DNA from: a virus
Virus record (IMG/VR): IMGVR_UViG_3300026097_001200
Span: 32,001 to 96,000 of that record
Reading direction: 5' to 3' (one strand)
DNA length: 64,000 nt
Position numbers and translations under genes: made by a program. This document shows, in pieces, positions 9,998 to 19,103 of the stretch. Each line of letters opens with the position of its first letter. Position 1 is the first letter of the stretch. The notes under the pieces were generated by a model, which was given only the letters and a program-made list of their open reading frames with translations, did not search any database and was not told the origin of the DNA.

Positions 9998-10672
9998 TTA
10001 CCTATTTTTTAATAATACTGTTAGACCTAATAGCATGCTGTATCTATCTTGTCTTGTACGATTCCACCCATCGTGCCATGTATTCCAGTCATTTGCATGA
10101 AACCACCCTTGGCCAAAATCACTAGGAACCTGTAGTGGGTTATTTCTTTGTGGGTCGTCGTAAAACATAGTACAATGATCTATGCTATCGTGATCTGTAA
10201 AATATACCATGCCGGTGCCAATTAGCAATCGATAATCACAGTGAATACCATTTTCAAATCCTGGTTTGTCCAGTGTAAACTCGGCGTGTAGTTCACTGTT
10301 TTCCATCATCATATCAGATGTCATGCCCCAGCGACTGGTAAATTCTTCTTTTTGAGAGTATAGTGCATCAATTACTTTGCGTTTTGCTATATCTGTGCCA
10401 AAATAACGAATAACCTGTTGTAGCATTGGGCTATCAGGGCGATGTACTTTGTAGCGATACCCTCCCCACATGTCATGGTCGATTTTAGTTTCCACGCCAT
10501 ATGGATTCCATGATTCTTTTTTAAGCTCATCGACTATATCGGGCTGGGTGTGACCGTTACTAAAAGATATCTGTAGAACCTTGCTATCAATAGGTTCTAA
10601 ATCAAAAAAGATGTTGTCTAATGTATTAAAATAATCGTACATGCTTCTACGTCCTTTGTAAGTGTGCTCCAA
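9998..10672 (-). CDS. 2OG-Fe(II) oxygenase-like protein
   Basis: HCD...WHDG...RYS facial triad plus RxS. Confidence 0.7.
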   Translation of the reverse strand: MEHTYKGRRSMYDYFNTLDNIFFDLEPIDSKVLQISFSNGHTQPDIVDELKKESWNPYGVETKIDHDMWGGYRYKVHRPDSPMLQQVIRYFGTDIAKRKVIDALYSQKEEFTSRWGMTSDMMMENSELHAEFTLDKPGFENGIHCDYRLLIGTGMVYFTDHDSIDHCTMFYDDPQRNNPLQVPSDFGQGWFHANDWNTWHDGWNRTRQDRYSMLLGLTVLLKNR

Positions 10673-11264
10673 TGTTATTTTCTTCTTGACTTGAATTATA
10701 CAACCATATCAATATACTGTATCGATCGTCGTTGGTGTTATTTTTTCCAGCATGCCATATTTTTTCTGGGATTGCCCAACCTTTACTGAATTCAGTACTA
10801 CTAATATAAATTGGGATATTATCATGTTCATTGGCGTAAAACTCAGTAGCTCTGTTACTATCTAATTCTTGATTTAAATAGATCATAGCAGACAGCCATA
10901 CGCGATCAGGATCGTAGTGTTTGCCGACGTGATACCCAGGCTTGTCTTTTGTTAATGAAACATATAGTTTTCCGTACTCATTGATTTCATTTAAACTTAT
11001 ATCAAGATTATGTGATACTACAATCTCAGATAAAATCGCCTTTACAGTATCACTACCGAGATATTGTATTATTTGTTGTAATTTTGTGCAGGATATATCT
11101 GTACAACGCTGTCTGTAGCATGCAATATATGTATTCTGATCTAAGTCCTCCCATGATTCCGAACGCAACGAATCATGCAATTCTTCTTTGGTAAAAGGAC
11201 AGCAAAGAGATAGTTCTAACGGGAGGCCATTGCCGTTATCTATGCATGTTAAAGAAAAATCCAT
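10647..11264 (-). CDS. 2OG-Fe(II) oxygenase-like protein
   Basis: HYD...WHAG...RYS; tandem paralog of 9998-10672. Confidence 0.7.
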   Translation of the reverse strand: MDFSLTCIDNGNGLPLELSLCCPFTKEELHDSLRSESWEDLDQNTYIACYRQRCTDISCTKLQQIIQYLGSDTVKAILSEIVVSHNLDISLNEINEYGKLYVSLTKDKPGYHVGKHYDPDRVWLSAMIYLNQELDSNRATEFYANEHDNIPIYISSTEFSKGWAIPEKIWHAGKNNTNDDRYSILIWLYNSSQEENNIGAHLQRT

Positions 11265-12521
11265 TTACTCTTGTCTCCATTCACGATCCAGCCAAGGAAA
11301 TAAAGATCGCCAATCTGTGCCGCGTCTGCGGTCGATTTCATCTAGATATACCTGTAGATCTTGTATTCTCTCAACTCGTCGTATGCTGTTACTTATCTGC
11401 TGTTTAATGCCTTTCATGTGATCTTGTGCGTTGGTGTCTTTCATTTCGGCGATAATAGCATCTATGTCGTCCTCAAAAACTCCAGCTCCAAATATTGCTG
11501 GATCCATATGCGGCGGTGCCATTACTGTCATAAAACTGTAGTTGATTGGATTGTGAGGCGGTCTTTTTTGATTCCATTCGTTGATTTTTCTAACCAATTC
11601 GGGAGCAGTTTTTATTGTAAGAGGACTGATTGCAGCATTGACACACTGCACTACCCAGGGCTTTTCTAACAAATATGTAAAGTTATCTTCCCATTCTTGT
11701 AAATCCAATCCCCAGCGAACATACTCTTCCTGCGGTCCCCAGCTGTCTAGACTTCCGGTTATTTGCAGTCTTTTAAGAGCACCTTTTTCTACCATCTGCT
11801 CGAACCGATCTATATATGCACGAAACTTTTTAGTTGGCACCTTGAGATTGGTAATAATATTAAAAGTGAGTTCAGGATTTGGGTGGCTTTCCCAGAAGTC
11901 AATGCTGAGATCAAACTCCTTTTGAAAAAAGGGTTCACCTCCTAATATTTGATAGTAGCGTATCTTTTTGTATCTGTCTTTGTCATGTAGATACTGCCAA
12001 AAGTCTGCCAGCTGTTGCTCGTAGTTTTCGTTTTTTTGACTCCAGTTGGCTATGTGTACACTGCCGTGTTTGAAGTCTCCAAACCGTTTAGTTTCTTCTT
12101 CCCACTTGGTACTGAAGTGCCCGCCGCAGTAGAGACAGGCCATGTTACATACATTGTTAAAATAAACTTCTAGTATTGTAGGCACTACTTCGTTGGTTTC
12201 TGGGTCTTCAAACAGTTCTTCTGGCGTTCTGTCTTGGTCGTGTCCTGCTTGCAGTTGATACAGTCTGTCACTGACACCTCCTGCTTCTTCGATTTTTTGG
12301 CAGTACTGACAGCCCTCTTGCGGCCATTCACCGCGGCGCATTATTTCTCTGGCACGGACCTTGTTAGGAAGATTATGAAAACTTGCAAAGTCATCCAGTG
12401 GAATAGCTGCTTGATCAGTTCTGTGACAACTACTGCTAGTGCCTTGTCCTAGATATACTGTGCTCCATGCCCACTTTAACAAGCAAGCTGTATCACCTTT
12501 TACTGGAAATATTTTTGACAT
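11265..12521 (-). CDS. radical SAM protein with N-terminal Twitch/SPASM-like domain
   Basis: CNMACLYC, GGEP; N-terminal CLLKW...SCHR...CQYC. Confidence 0.9.
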   Translation of the reverse strand: MSKIFPVKGDTACLLKWAWSTVYLGQGTSSSCHRTDQAAIPLDDFASFHNLPNKVRAREIMRRGEWPQEGCQYCQKIEEAGGVSDRLYQLQAGHDQDRTPEELFEDPETNEVVPTILEVYFNNVCNMACLYCGGHFSTKWEEETKRFGDFKHGSVHIANWSQKNENYEQQLADFWQYLHDKDRYKKIRYYQILGGEPFFQKEFDLSIDFWESHPNPELTFNIITNLKVPTKKFRAYIDRFEQMVEKGALKRLQITGSLDSWGPQEEYVRWGLDLQEWEDNFTYLLEKPWVVQCVNAAISPLTIKTAPELVRKINEWNQKRPPHNPINYSFMTVMAPPHMDPAIFGAGVFEDDIDAIIAEMKDTNAQDHMKGIKQQISNSIRRVERIQDLQVYLDEIDRRRGTDWRSLFPWLDREWRQE

Positions 12522-12528
12522 GTTGTAA

Positions 12529-13659
12529 TTATGAGCTTTCTATTTGATGAATAACTTCTTGTAACTGTTGATCAAAATTTAAAAACGCATTATGCAAAAT
12601 TTTGTTTCGATTAACAAGTAATTTTAAATTATGATAATGTATACGTTCTAACTCAGGTATCACCGACTCCCAGTCAAACTCTGATAAATGTTGCATCAGT
12701 TCAACAATAGCATCGGCTCTTTCTTGGTAGGTAGGCAGTGAGTCATAGTCTTCACTCCAAAGAGATTCATAAGTCATAAATCCCATTTTGCGCAGGTTTG
12801 TTATGAAGTGTTTTGCCCCATATATTACAAAAGGAATACCAGTAAAAAGTGCTTTTGTAGTTTTTTCTGTTATAGCAAAATTATCTACTTGGTCATCTGC
12901 AATCTGTGTTTCCACAACAAGGTACAGTCTAGCCTGATTATATAGATCAATTGGCGGCGACTCGCTAATGGCAATTGTATCTTGTAATTGCTGTCTATCG
13001 CTCCAGTTAAAATCGGGCGTCCTTTCAAATTGTATATCATGCTTAAATATAGTGACGTTACCTCGGAGATTATTACAAATACTCAAAGCAAAAGAATCTT
13101 CGGGTATCTTGTTTTTTATTTTCTTAACTAAGTAGGTTCGCTCTGGTCTCCCGGATCCTATCAACGAAACAAAATCAACAGTTTTTTCACTACGGAAATC
13201 GTAAAATTTATCATTGTTTTGATTAGGAAAATTGAAAACTGGATCGAAAAAATCTACGGTAGCCAGTTGATACAGAAGGAAAGGCCAGTAAATGTTTACG
13301 TAATGTATTTTTTCCCCGAGCCAATTGAATATCGGATGGTCGTCAGCAGAAAACTTATCACCAGTAACAAATATATAAACACAGTCTGATTTTAATTTAA
13401 ACAAGGTAGGCATGTGTTCAGCACTAAAACGACGAACTCCTTCAGACATGTTGAAAAAAAATTTTATCTTTGCAGGATCGTTATTAATTGTTTCAGCAGA
13501 ATCTTGTACAGAAAAAACTGGATAGTGTCTGTTGTTAAAAATCTCAGGCACTGAGTGTGTAGTTGAATATAAGTTAGAATATTTGTGCCACCTGGCATAA
13601 ACCTTTATAAACAGGTTAGCTAAATGCGAATCACTGACATTGTTTAACGGAAGTAACAT
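12529..13659 (-). CDS. glycosyltransferase-like protein (GT10/exostosin-like GT-B C-terminus)
   Basis: VVET...ITEKTTKAL..GIPFVIYG...L..MGF.T....WSEDYD. Confidence 0.55.
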   Translation of the reverse strand: MLLPLNNVSDSHLANLFIKVYARWHKYSNLYSTTHSVPEIFNNRHYPVFSVQDSAETINNDPAKIKFFFNMSEGVRRFSAEHMPTLFKLKSDCVYIFVTGDKFSADDHPIFNWLGEKIHYVNIYWPFLLYQLATVDFFDPVFNFPNQNNDKFYDFRSEKTVDFVSLIGSGRPERTYLVKKIKNKIPEDSFALSICNNLRGNVTIFKHDIQFERTPDFNWSDRQQLQDTIAISESPPIDLYNQARLYLVVETQIADDQVDNFAITEKTTKALFTGIPFVIYGAKHFITNLRKMGFMTYESLWSEDYDSLPTYQERADAIVELMQHLSEFDWESVIPELERIHYHNLKLLVNRNKILHNAFLNFDQQLQEVIHQIESS

Positions 13660-13712
13660 GAAAAATATTTAGTGCTTTGTTTTTACTGTCTTAACAAACA
13701 AATAAGTACACT

Positions 13713-14315
13713 ATGCATACTATTTTTAAAAATAATCATCCTGCGCTGACGTTTTTTTATATTCCAAAAACTGCTAGTGTGTCATTGGGAGCAGCGTTGT
13801 ATACTGCGTTCTCGCCAGGATTAAAAAATATCAAATTGAAGAAAATTTCTGACGTACCTCATGCTAATATGCACAATCTGACTAGCAAAGACGATGTTGC
13901 AAACAATAGAGTATGTGTTCTGCGACACCCGTACGATCGAGCAAAAAGTCTATGGCAACATTCTTCTAGAAGAGTTGATACTGCGTGGGCAAGTGATTCA
14001 TTTGAACTATTCTTAATAAAACGATTTCACGAAACACACACATTGCTGCCAAACACTGAACTTGACTTAGATAATTTTAATTTTTTTGCACCTCAATGGC
14101 ACTGGGCACAACATTGCAATATACGTCTAGACTTTAACAATCTACATCACGACTTTAACAATATTTTAACTGAATATGTATCTCCAGGCACTTACAATTT
14201 ACCTAGGAAAAACGTGTTGAACAGCAAGGACAGTGTTGATCTAAAACGATATCATAAAACTCTAATACGAAAAATATACGCAGATGACTTTGAACATTTA
14301 GGCTTTATACCTTAA
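13713..14315 (+). CDS. sulfotransferase family 2 (carbohydrate sulfotransferase-like)
   Basis: IPKTASVS (5'-PSB), LRHPYDRAKSLW (3'-PB), YADDFEHLGF tail. Confidence 0.85.
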   Translation: MHTIFKNNHPALTFFYIPKTASVSLGAALYTAFSPGLKNIKLKKISDVPHANMHNLTSKDDVANNRVCVLRHPYDRAKSLWQHSSRRVDTAWASDSFELFLIKRFHETHTLLPNTELDLDNFNFFAPQWHWAQHCNIRLDFNNLHHDFNNILTEYVSPGTYNLPRKNVLNSKDSVDLKRYHKTLIRKIYADDFEHLGFIP

Positions 14316-14358
14316 CACACTAAATACGATTCGTATTGCAATATTAGAGAGAGATCTT

Positions 14359-15318
14359 ATGACAACTTATAACCTAAACTGGGTGATTGCCCATGAACCA
14401 AAATACCTCTTTTACAGAGTGGCAGAAGACTTTGCTAACCTGGTTAAAGAGTACGCCGGCGATGATCTTGACATCAATGTCAATGTACTAACCGACGAAG
14501 AATACAATGCCAAGTACGATCCTAAAGTACCAGTAAACAGACACAATCTCTGGAAGCTGTTACAAGACGGTGATGTGCAAATTGCACAGATGCAGACAAC
14601 CAGTCTTGCACGTCAGTTCAATCCAGAAATGCATGTGCTTGATCTGCCATATCTTTTCCGTGACCACGATCACGCTGCAAAAGTTCTGGAAGGTGATGTT
14701 GGTGTTGAACTGTTAAACAAGTTTGACGAAGACAGCAAGATCAAGGGTCTGGCTTACACCTACAGCGGAGGCTATAGACTGCTTCCGAGTACTCAGCGTG
14801 TAACCAGCCTAGGCGAACTGGCTGGACTGCCAATTCGTGCAGGACTCAGCCAACAGGCTAGAGAAGCTATTGAAATGCTAGGCGGTGAAGCTGTGCCAGC
14901 TGACACAGAACAAACCTGGGAACTGGCCAAAACCGGTAAAGTACAGGCTGCTGAATATGTTACACAGCGCATCTACCCAGATCGTTGTGACGAGTGGATC
15001 AAGAGCATTGTTCACACAGAGCACAGCTTGTTCCTTACCAGCATTGTTGTAAACCAAGATTGGTTCAACAGCCTGCCGCAAGCTGTTCAAGATGTGTTCA
15101 TGAAGGCCGCATTACAAGCAGCTCGCAACGAACGTGAACTAAGTTTAAAAGACGGCGAAACAAACCTACGCAAACTGGAAAGCGAAGGTGTAAACATTGT
15201 TTACCTTAGCGAAGAAGAAGAAGCAGAATTACATGCACGAGCGGCAGAAATCCGCAAAACTCATGCTGAAACTGTGTTCTCTCCAGGCTTGGTAGACAGT
15301 ATAGAAAATACCCATTGA
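14359..15318 (+). CDS. dctP: TRAP transporter substrate-binding protein (DctP family) lacking a signal peptide
   Basis: LDLPYLFRDHDHA, GLPIR, WFNSLP...Q.VF..AA; no N-terminal hydrophobic segment. Confidence 0.85.
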   Translation: MTTYNLNWVIAHEPKYLFYRVAEDFANLVKEYAGDDLDINVNVLTDEEYNAKYDPKVPVNRHNLWKLLQDGDVQIAQMQTTSLARQFNPEMHVLDLPYLFRDHDHAAKVLEGDVGVELLNKFDEDSKIKGLAYTYSGGYRLLPSTQRVTSLGELAGLPIRAGLSQQAREAIEMLGGEAVPADTEQTWELAKTGKVQAAEYVTQRIYPDRCDEWIKSIVHTEHSLFLTSIVVNQDWFNSLPQAVQDVFMKAALQAARNERELSLKDGETNLRKLESEGVNIVYLSEEEEAELHARAAEIRKTHAETVFSPGLVDSIENTH

Positions 15319-15343
15319 CAAAGACCAATCTCCCACGTATACT
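15315..15343 (+). promoter_or_regulatory. sigma70-type early promoter
   Basis: TTGACA-17 bp-TATACT. Confidence 0.85.
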
Positions 15344-15375
15344 ACATGTAATATGTTGTGTACTGGGAGATTACT

Positions 15376-15579
15376 ATGAGTGCTATGAGTGCAACTATTT
15401 TCGAAATTCAAGAATATCTACGTGAAGGCAAGCTTGGTCACAAGCAAATTGCCGAAAAGCTGGGTGTATCATTGACCTGGGTAACAGACGAAGCAAATGC
15501 CATGTATGGTGCTACCAGCAGTGAACCAGACTTTGGTCCAGTGGAATACGTATATCCAGGATCAGATCCACAAATCTAA
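15376..15579 (+). CDS. small helix-turn-helix protein
   Basis: GGGAG RBS; HKQIAEKLGVSLTWV HTH pattern. Confidence 0.65.
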   Translation: MSAMSATIFEIQEYLREGKLGHKQIAEKLGVSLTWVTDEANAMYGATSSEPDFGPVEYVYPGSDPQI

Positions 15580-15591
15580 ATATCAAAAAGG

Positions 15592-15620
15592 TTGACCTTT
15601 TTCGTAACTGATCATATACT
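15592..15620 (+). promoter_or_regulatory. sigma70-type early promoter
   Basis: AAAAAGG-TTGACC-17 bp-TATACT. Confidence 0.8.
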
Positions 15621-15650
15621 ATATGTATAGTGAAGTTACGAGGGTTAAGC

Positions 15651-16022
15651 ATGTTGCAAGTAAAAGACACCACCGAATCCACAAACAAGCGTTTTTCTGT
15701 AATAGATATCAACAGTCGTGCTCGTGCAGCGTATCGCGCTAATCGCAGTTTTTTCGACAGTCAAGCACATCAAGCAAAAGTAAACGCTGTAGATAATATA
15801 CTTCGCAATTTGGTATTTGCCTATACCAATGCTTACCAAACAGCTCGTCCTCAAACACGCCGTAAACCAGCCCACACAGAAGTCAAATACGATCGTGTAG
15901 TGCAGTACAGCGTAAAAGAGCACAATACACGCAAACAAACTGCACTAGCTCAATTAGAGGAGCTAGGGTTAACACTTGTTTACAAACCACGCACCAACAG
16001 CTACAGTGTTCATGTAGCATAA
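15651..16022 (+). CDS. hypothetical early protein
   Basis: GAGGG RBS then ATG at 15651. Confidence 0.65.
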   Translation: MLQVKDTTESTNKRFSVIDINSRARAAYRANRSFFDSQAHQAKVNAVDNILRNLVFAYTNAYQTARPQTRRKPAHTEVKYDRVVQYSVKEHNTRKQTALAQLEELGLTLVYKPRTNSYSVHVA

Positions 16023-16035
16023 CAGGAGCTAGTAA

Positions 16036-16224
16036 ATGTCATATCTATCAACAGATGAAATGATCAAAATCTTGATCGATCGCATTGGAGATCATCTGCA
16101 TGATCCAGAACCACAATCAGATCAGTGTTTGGAGGAACTCCCACAGCCAACCAAGTTGATGTTGTTGCGAGAACTGCGAAACACATACAATCAATATCGT
16201 GCAATCATGTCGGGTGATCAATGA
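16036..16224 (+). CDS. hypothetical protein
   Basis: AGGAG RBS. Confidence 0.65.
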   Translation: MSYLSTDEMIKILIDRIGDHLHDPEPQSDQCLEELPQPTKLMLLRELRNTYNQYRAIMSGDQ

Positions 16225-16805
16225 AAGACAAGGTAATCTTAGTAGACTGCGACGGTGTGTTGCTGGACTGGGAATATGCGTTTGATCAATGGATGAAACG
16301 TCATGGATACTCAGTGAACTCCGTTGGGCATTACAAGATGCACTACAAATACGGTATTGATGGCCGTGAAGCTAAACGACTGATTCGCATGTTCAACGAA
16401 AGCGCACAGATTCGCAAACTACCGCCCCTGCGTGATGCTATCCATTATGTAAAACGATTGCACCAAGAACACGGCTATATTTTTCACGCTATCACAAGCC
16501 TCAGCAACGAAGTGTATGCACAGCATCTACGCACCAAGAATCTGCGTGAGATGTTTGGCGACAGCGTGTTTGAACGTTACGTGTATTTGGATACTGGTGC
16601 AGACAAAGACTCAGCACTGGCTGAGTATACTAACACTGGCTGTTGGTGGGTAGAAGACAAGCCTGAGAATGCAGTAGAAGGCGCCAGGTGCGGATTAGAA
16701 TCAGTGTTAATGCATCATGAGCATAATGCAGACTTTGACACAACCAATCTCAATATAACTCGAGTAAGAAACTGGAAGGGAATTTATGAACTTGTCACTG
16801 CTTGA
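16221..16805 (+). CDS. HAD-superfamily phosphatase (5'(3')-deoxyribonucleotidase-like)
   Basis: DCDGVLLDW, ITSLS, K and EDKPEN motifs I-IV. Confidence 0.8.
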   Translation: MKDKVILVDCDGVLLDWEYAFDQWMKRHGYSVNSVGHYKMHYKYGIDGREAKRLIRMFNESAQIRKLPPLRDAIHYVKRLHQEHGYIFHAITSLSNEVYAQHLRTKNLREMFGDSVFERYVYLDTGADKDSALAEYTNTGCWWVEDKPENAVEGARCGLESVLMHHEHNADFDTTNLNITRVRNWKGIYELVTA

Positions 16806-17047
16806 TCGTGTAGTAGAAACTGGTGTACGACTGTATGCCGAAGGGGAAAACAGCTCAACTGTGTGGCAGTTTGTGGATCGAAAACTTCACCAGATCCAGG
16901 CCCAGCGACCAGCCTTTTGCTGAATTCAATCTAGCAAGAGATACTGCGTACACTCGCTTGATCAGCATGGGCGTAATGGATCAAGAGCCAACCTGGACAG
17001 AAATTTTAGACTCTATAAACAGCATGCTGGACCGCGAAAAAGTTTAA
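16786..17047 (+). pseudogene. small gene apparently split by a +1 frameshift at TTTT 16915-16918
   Basis: RBS-led ORF 16786-16923 stops at GCC TTT TGC TGA; +1 frame continues AEFNLARD... to 17047. Confidence 0.45.
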
Positions 17048-17065
17048 TTCTTTTTCTTAAAAAGG

Positions 17066-17094
17066 TTGACACACAGCCCGGGTTTTAGTATTAT
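17066..17094 (+). promoter_or_regulatory. sigma70-type early promoter
   Basis: AAAAAGG-TTGACA-17 bp-TATTAT. Confidence 0.85.
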
Positions 17095-17126
17095 GTATAT
17101 GTAGGGTTTGAAATAAGGTTTTTGAT

Positions 17127-17240
17127 ATGTCAGATTTAGCTTACACTCAAAATTTTATCGATGTTGCTATTTTAAGCAGTATCTTAATAGCTGGTGTTGT
17201 TTATCTTGCCAACAAAGGTGAGTTATTTAAAAAATGGTAA
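17127..17240 (+). CDS. 37-aa single-TM membrane peptide (absent from ORF track)
   Basis: TAAGG RBS; MSDLAYTQNFIDVAILSSILIAGVVYLANKGELFKKW. Confidence 0.65.
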   Translation: MSDLAYTQNFIDVAILSSILIAGVVYLANKGELFKKW

Positions 17241-17389
17241 TGCGTAAGATCAAGATAGCAAAAACATTTGTGTTTTTTGACGACAAGTTTTCATTGATTG
17301 TAAGCGCACCAAAAGACCAATTCAGCCTGCTTCCAACTTGGAAAGCCAGAGTGTTAGAAATTCGTGAGTATCAAGGAGAGTTAATATGA
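17240..17389 (+). CDS. 49-aa hypothetical protein (absent from ORF track)
   Basis: TAATG and ATGA coupling on both sides; MRKIKIAKTF... Confidence 0.6.
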   Translation: MRKIKIAKTFVFFDDKFSLIVSAPKDQFSLLPTWKARVLEIREYQGELI

Positions 17390-17790
17390 CCTTATTGCAG
17401 CACATCGAGTCACTGAATGCCAAAGCGGATCTGATGATGGAGCAGGAGCCTGGACTGTGGATGAGCAAGTACACTGATGACTTGAGTCATTGGGCTGAGA
17501 TGGGTGTCTACACTGTAGAGGACTTCAAACGTAATGAGCTGATCAATGGCATCAGTGATGCGTCGAAAGACCTCTATGGTTGCCGCATGCGTCTTGCTTG
17601 GGACGAAATGGATATTGAGGATCTGGAACAGACCTACGAGAATATCTGTTACCAGCTCCGTCTTCAGTTTGAGCAAGAGCAGGAGTGGGAGCGCGAGCAG
17701 GCTGAAGAAGCTCGGATCGCCGCACAAGGTTTACAGCCAGACTGCGAGCCATTGCCTTACGAAGAATATGCTGATTTGGAGACTGCATAA
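17386..17790 (+). CDS. hypothetical early protein
   Basis: AAGGAG RBS; 134 aa, acidic. Confidence 0.75.
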   Translation: MTLLQHIESLNAKADLMMEQEPGLWMSKYTDDLSHWAEMGVYTVEDFKRNELINGISDASKDLYGCRMRLAWDEMDIEDLEQTYENICYQLRLQFEQEQEWEREQAEEARIAAQGLQPDCEPLPYEEYADLETA

Positions 17791-18026
17791 TGAAAAGCGA
17801 ACTTGAACTTGCAATTGATCGCATGATCGATGCACAAAAAAAACTGTACGGAGCAGATGCATACCTGTATGCCACAGCCAATCTACAAGGTGCGTTGGTA
17901 GGATCTGCCGCTGCACTCAGTGACTTTATGGTTGACAGCTTGATTGAAACATTTAACGATCGTGCAAAAAAAGTTGAACAAGAAGCAATCATCAAAGCAT
18001 TTAATCAAGAGGTTCCAATTGTATGA
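17790..18026 (+). CDS. hypothetical protein
   Basis: TAATG coupling. Confidence 0.65.
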   Translation: MKSELELAIDRMIDAQKKLYGADAYLYATANLQGALVGSAAALSDFMVDSLIETFNDRAKKVEQEAIIKAFNQEVPIV

Positions 18027-18223
18027 GTTATTTGCTCTTATCGGTTGCGCTAGGATTAGAAATTTCTTATACTAGCAAGAATGTTTGTCAAGAAGCACTT
18101 GAACAGGTGCGAGAGCAGGACAGCAAAGCAATTTGTATTCCTGCAGGCAAAGACAAAACCAGTGAACAGTTTGATCTATTTTTAAACATGATTGAACAGT
18201 TACAAAAAGTTGAACAGAAATAG
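18023..18223 (+). CDS. hypothetical protein
   Basis: ATGA coupling; hydrophobic N-terminus, two Cys. Confidence 0.6.
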   Translation: MSYLLLSVALGLEISYTSKNVCQEALEQVREQDSKAICIPAGKDKTSEQFDLFLNMIEQLQKVEQK

Positions 18224-18296
18224 CCGAGTTGGTCTAATGGTATGACAGGGGTCTCCAAAACCCTTAGCGGAGGTTCGATTCCTTCACTCGGTGCCA
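18223..18296 (+). tRNA. tRNA-Trp (CCA)
   Basis: Acceptor GCCGAGT/ACTCGGT, anticodon loop CT-CCA-AA, GGTTCGATTCC T-arm, encoded CCA end. Confidence 0.93.
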
Positions 18297-18309
18297 GTTT
18301 TAAAAGTTT

Positions 18310-18385
18310 TGGGATATAGCTCAGTTGGTAGAGCAGCGGACTGTTAATCCGCTTGTCGCAGGTTCGAGCCCTGCTATCCCAGCCA
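18310..18385 (+). tRNA. tRNA-Asn (GTT)
   Basis: Acceptor TGGGATA/TATCCCA, loop CT-GTT-AA, GGTTCGAGCCC, CCA end. Confidence 0.95.
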
Positions 18386-18390
18386 TTTTT

Positions 18391-18466
18391 GCTACGGTGG
18401 CTCGAATGGTTAGGCAGAGGACTGCAAATCCTTTTCACGCAGGTTCGAATCCTGTCCGTAGCTCCA
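18391..18466 (+). tRNA. tRNA-Cys (GCA)
   Basis: Acceptor GCTACGG/CCGTAGC, loop CT-GCA-AA, U discriminator, CCA end. Confidence 0.95.
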
Positions 18467-18482
18467 ATTTACAAGGAAAAAT

Positions 18483-19103
18483 ATGTCACTAATTCCAATG
18501 GTAGTAGAAAGCACAGCAAAAGGCGAACGTGCTTATGATATCTACAGTAGACTGCTCAAAGAACGCATTGTCATGCTCAACGGTGTGGTAGAAGATCACA
18601 TGGCCAATACCGTGGTAGCCCAACTGTTGTTTTTAGAATCAGAAAATCCAAACAAAGAGATCAGTTTGTTTATCAACAGTCCAGGTGGCGGAGTCACAGC
18701 AGGTCTCAGTATCTATGATACCATGCAGTTTATTAAACCTGATGTAGCAACCTATGTGATGGGGCAGGCAGCCAGTATGGGATCGTTTCTAGCGCAAGCC
18801 GGTGCTCCGGGTAAACGCTATGTGTTGCCCGAATCACGTACAATGATTCACAGAGTCAGCTCAGGTACACGTGGCACATCAGGCAGTGTGCATGTGCAGG
18901 AACTGGAGTTTGAAGATCAAAAGCGACACCTAGACGAAAGCAAGAGAATCAATCAACGTTTGACTGAACTGTACGCACAGCACAACACCGCAGGAAAAAC
19001 CTACGAAGATCTCTATGAAGACATGAAGTTTGACACTTTCTTAAGTGCACAGGAAGCGGTAGACTACGGTTTGGCAGATCAATTGGTAGAAAAGAGAACG
19101 TGA
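18483..19103 (+). CDS. clpP: ATP-dependent Clp protease proteolytic subunit
   Basis: [23 protein letters not shown] (catalytic Ser), [11 protein letters not shown]. Confidence 0.95.
   Translation: MSLIPMVVESTAKGERAYDIYSRLLKERIVMLNGVVEDHMANTVVAQLLFLESENPNKEISLFINSPGGGVTAGLSIYDTMQFIKPDVATYVMGQAASMGSFLAQAGAPGKRYVLPESRTMIHRVSSGTRGTSGSVHVQELEFEDQKRHLDESKRINQRLTELYAQHNTAGKTYEDLYEDMKFDTFLSAQEAVDYGLADQLVEKRT

Noticed and set aside
18088-18538. ORFs 18088-18438 (-) and 18353-18538 (+)
   Set aside because: Shadows of the three tRNA genes
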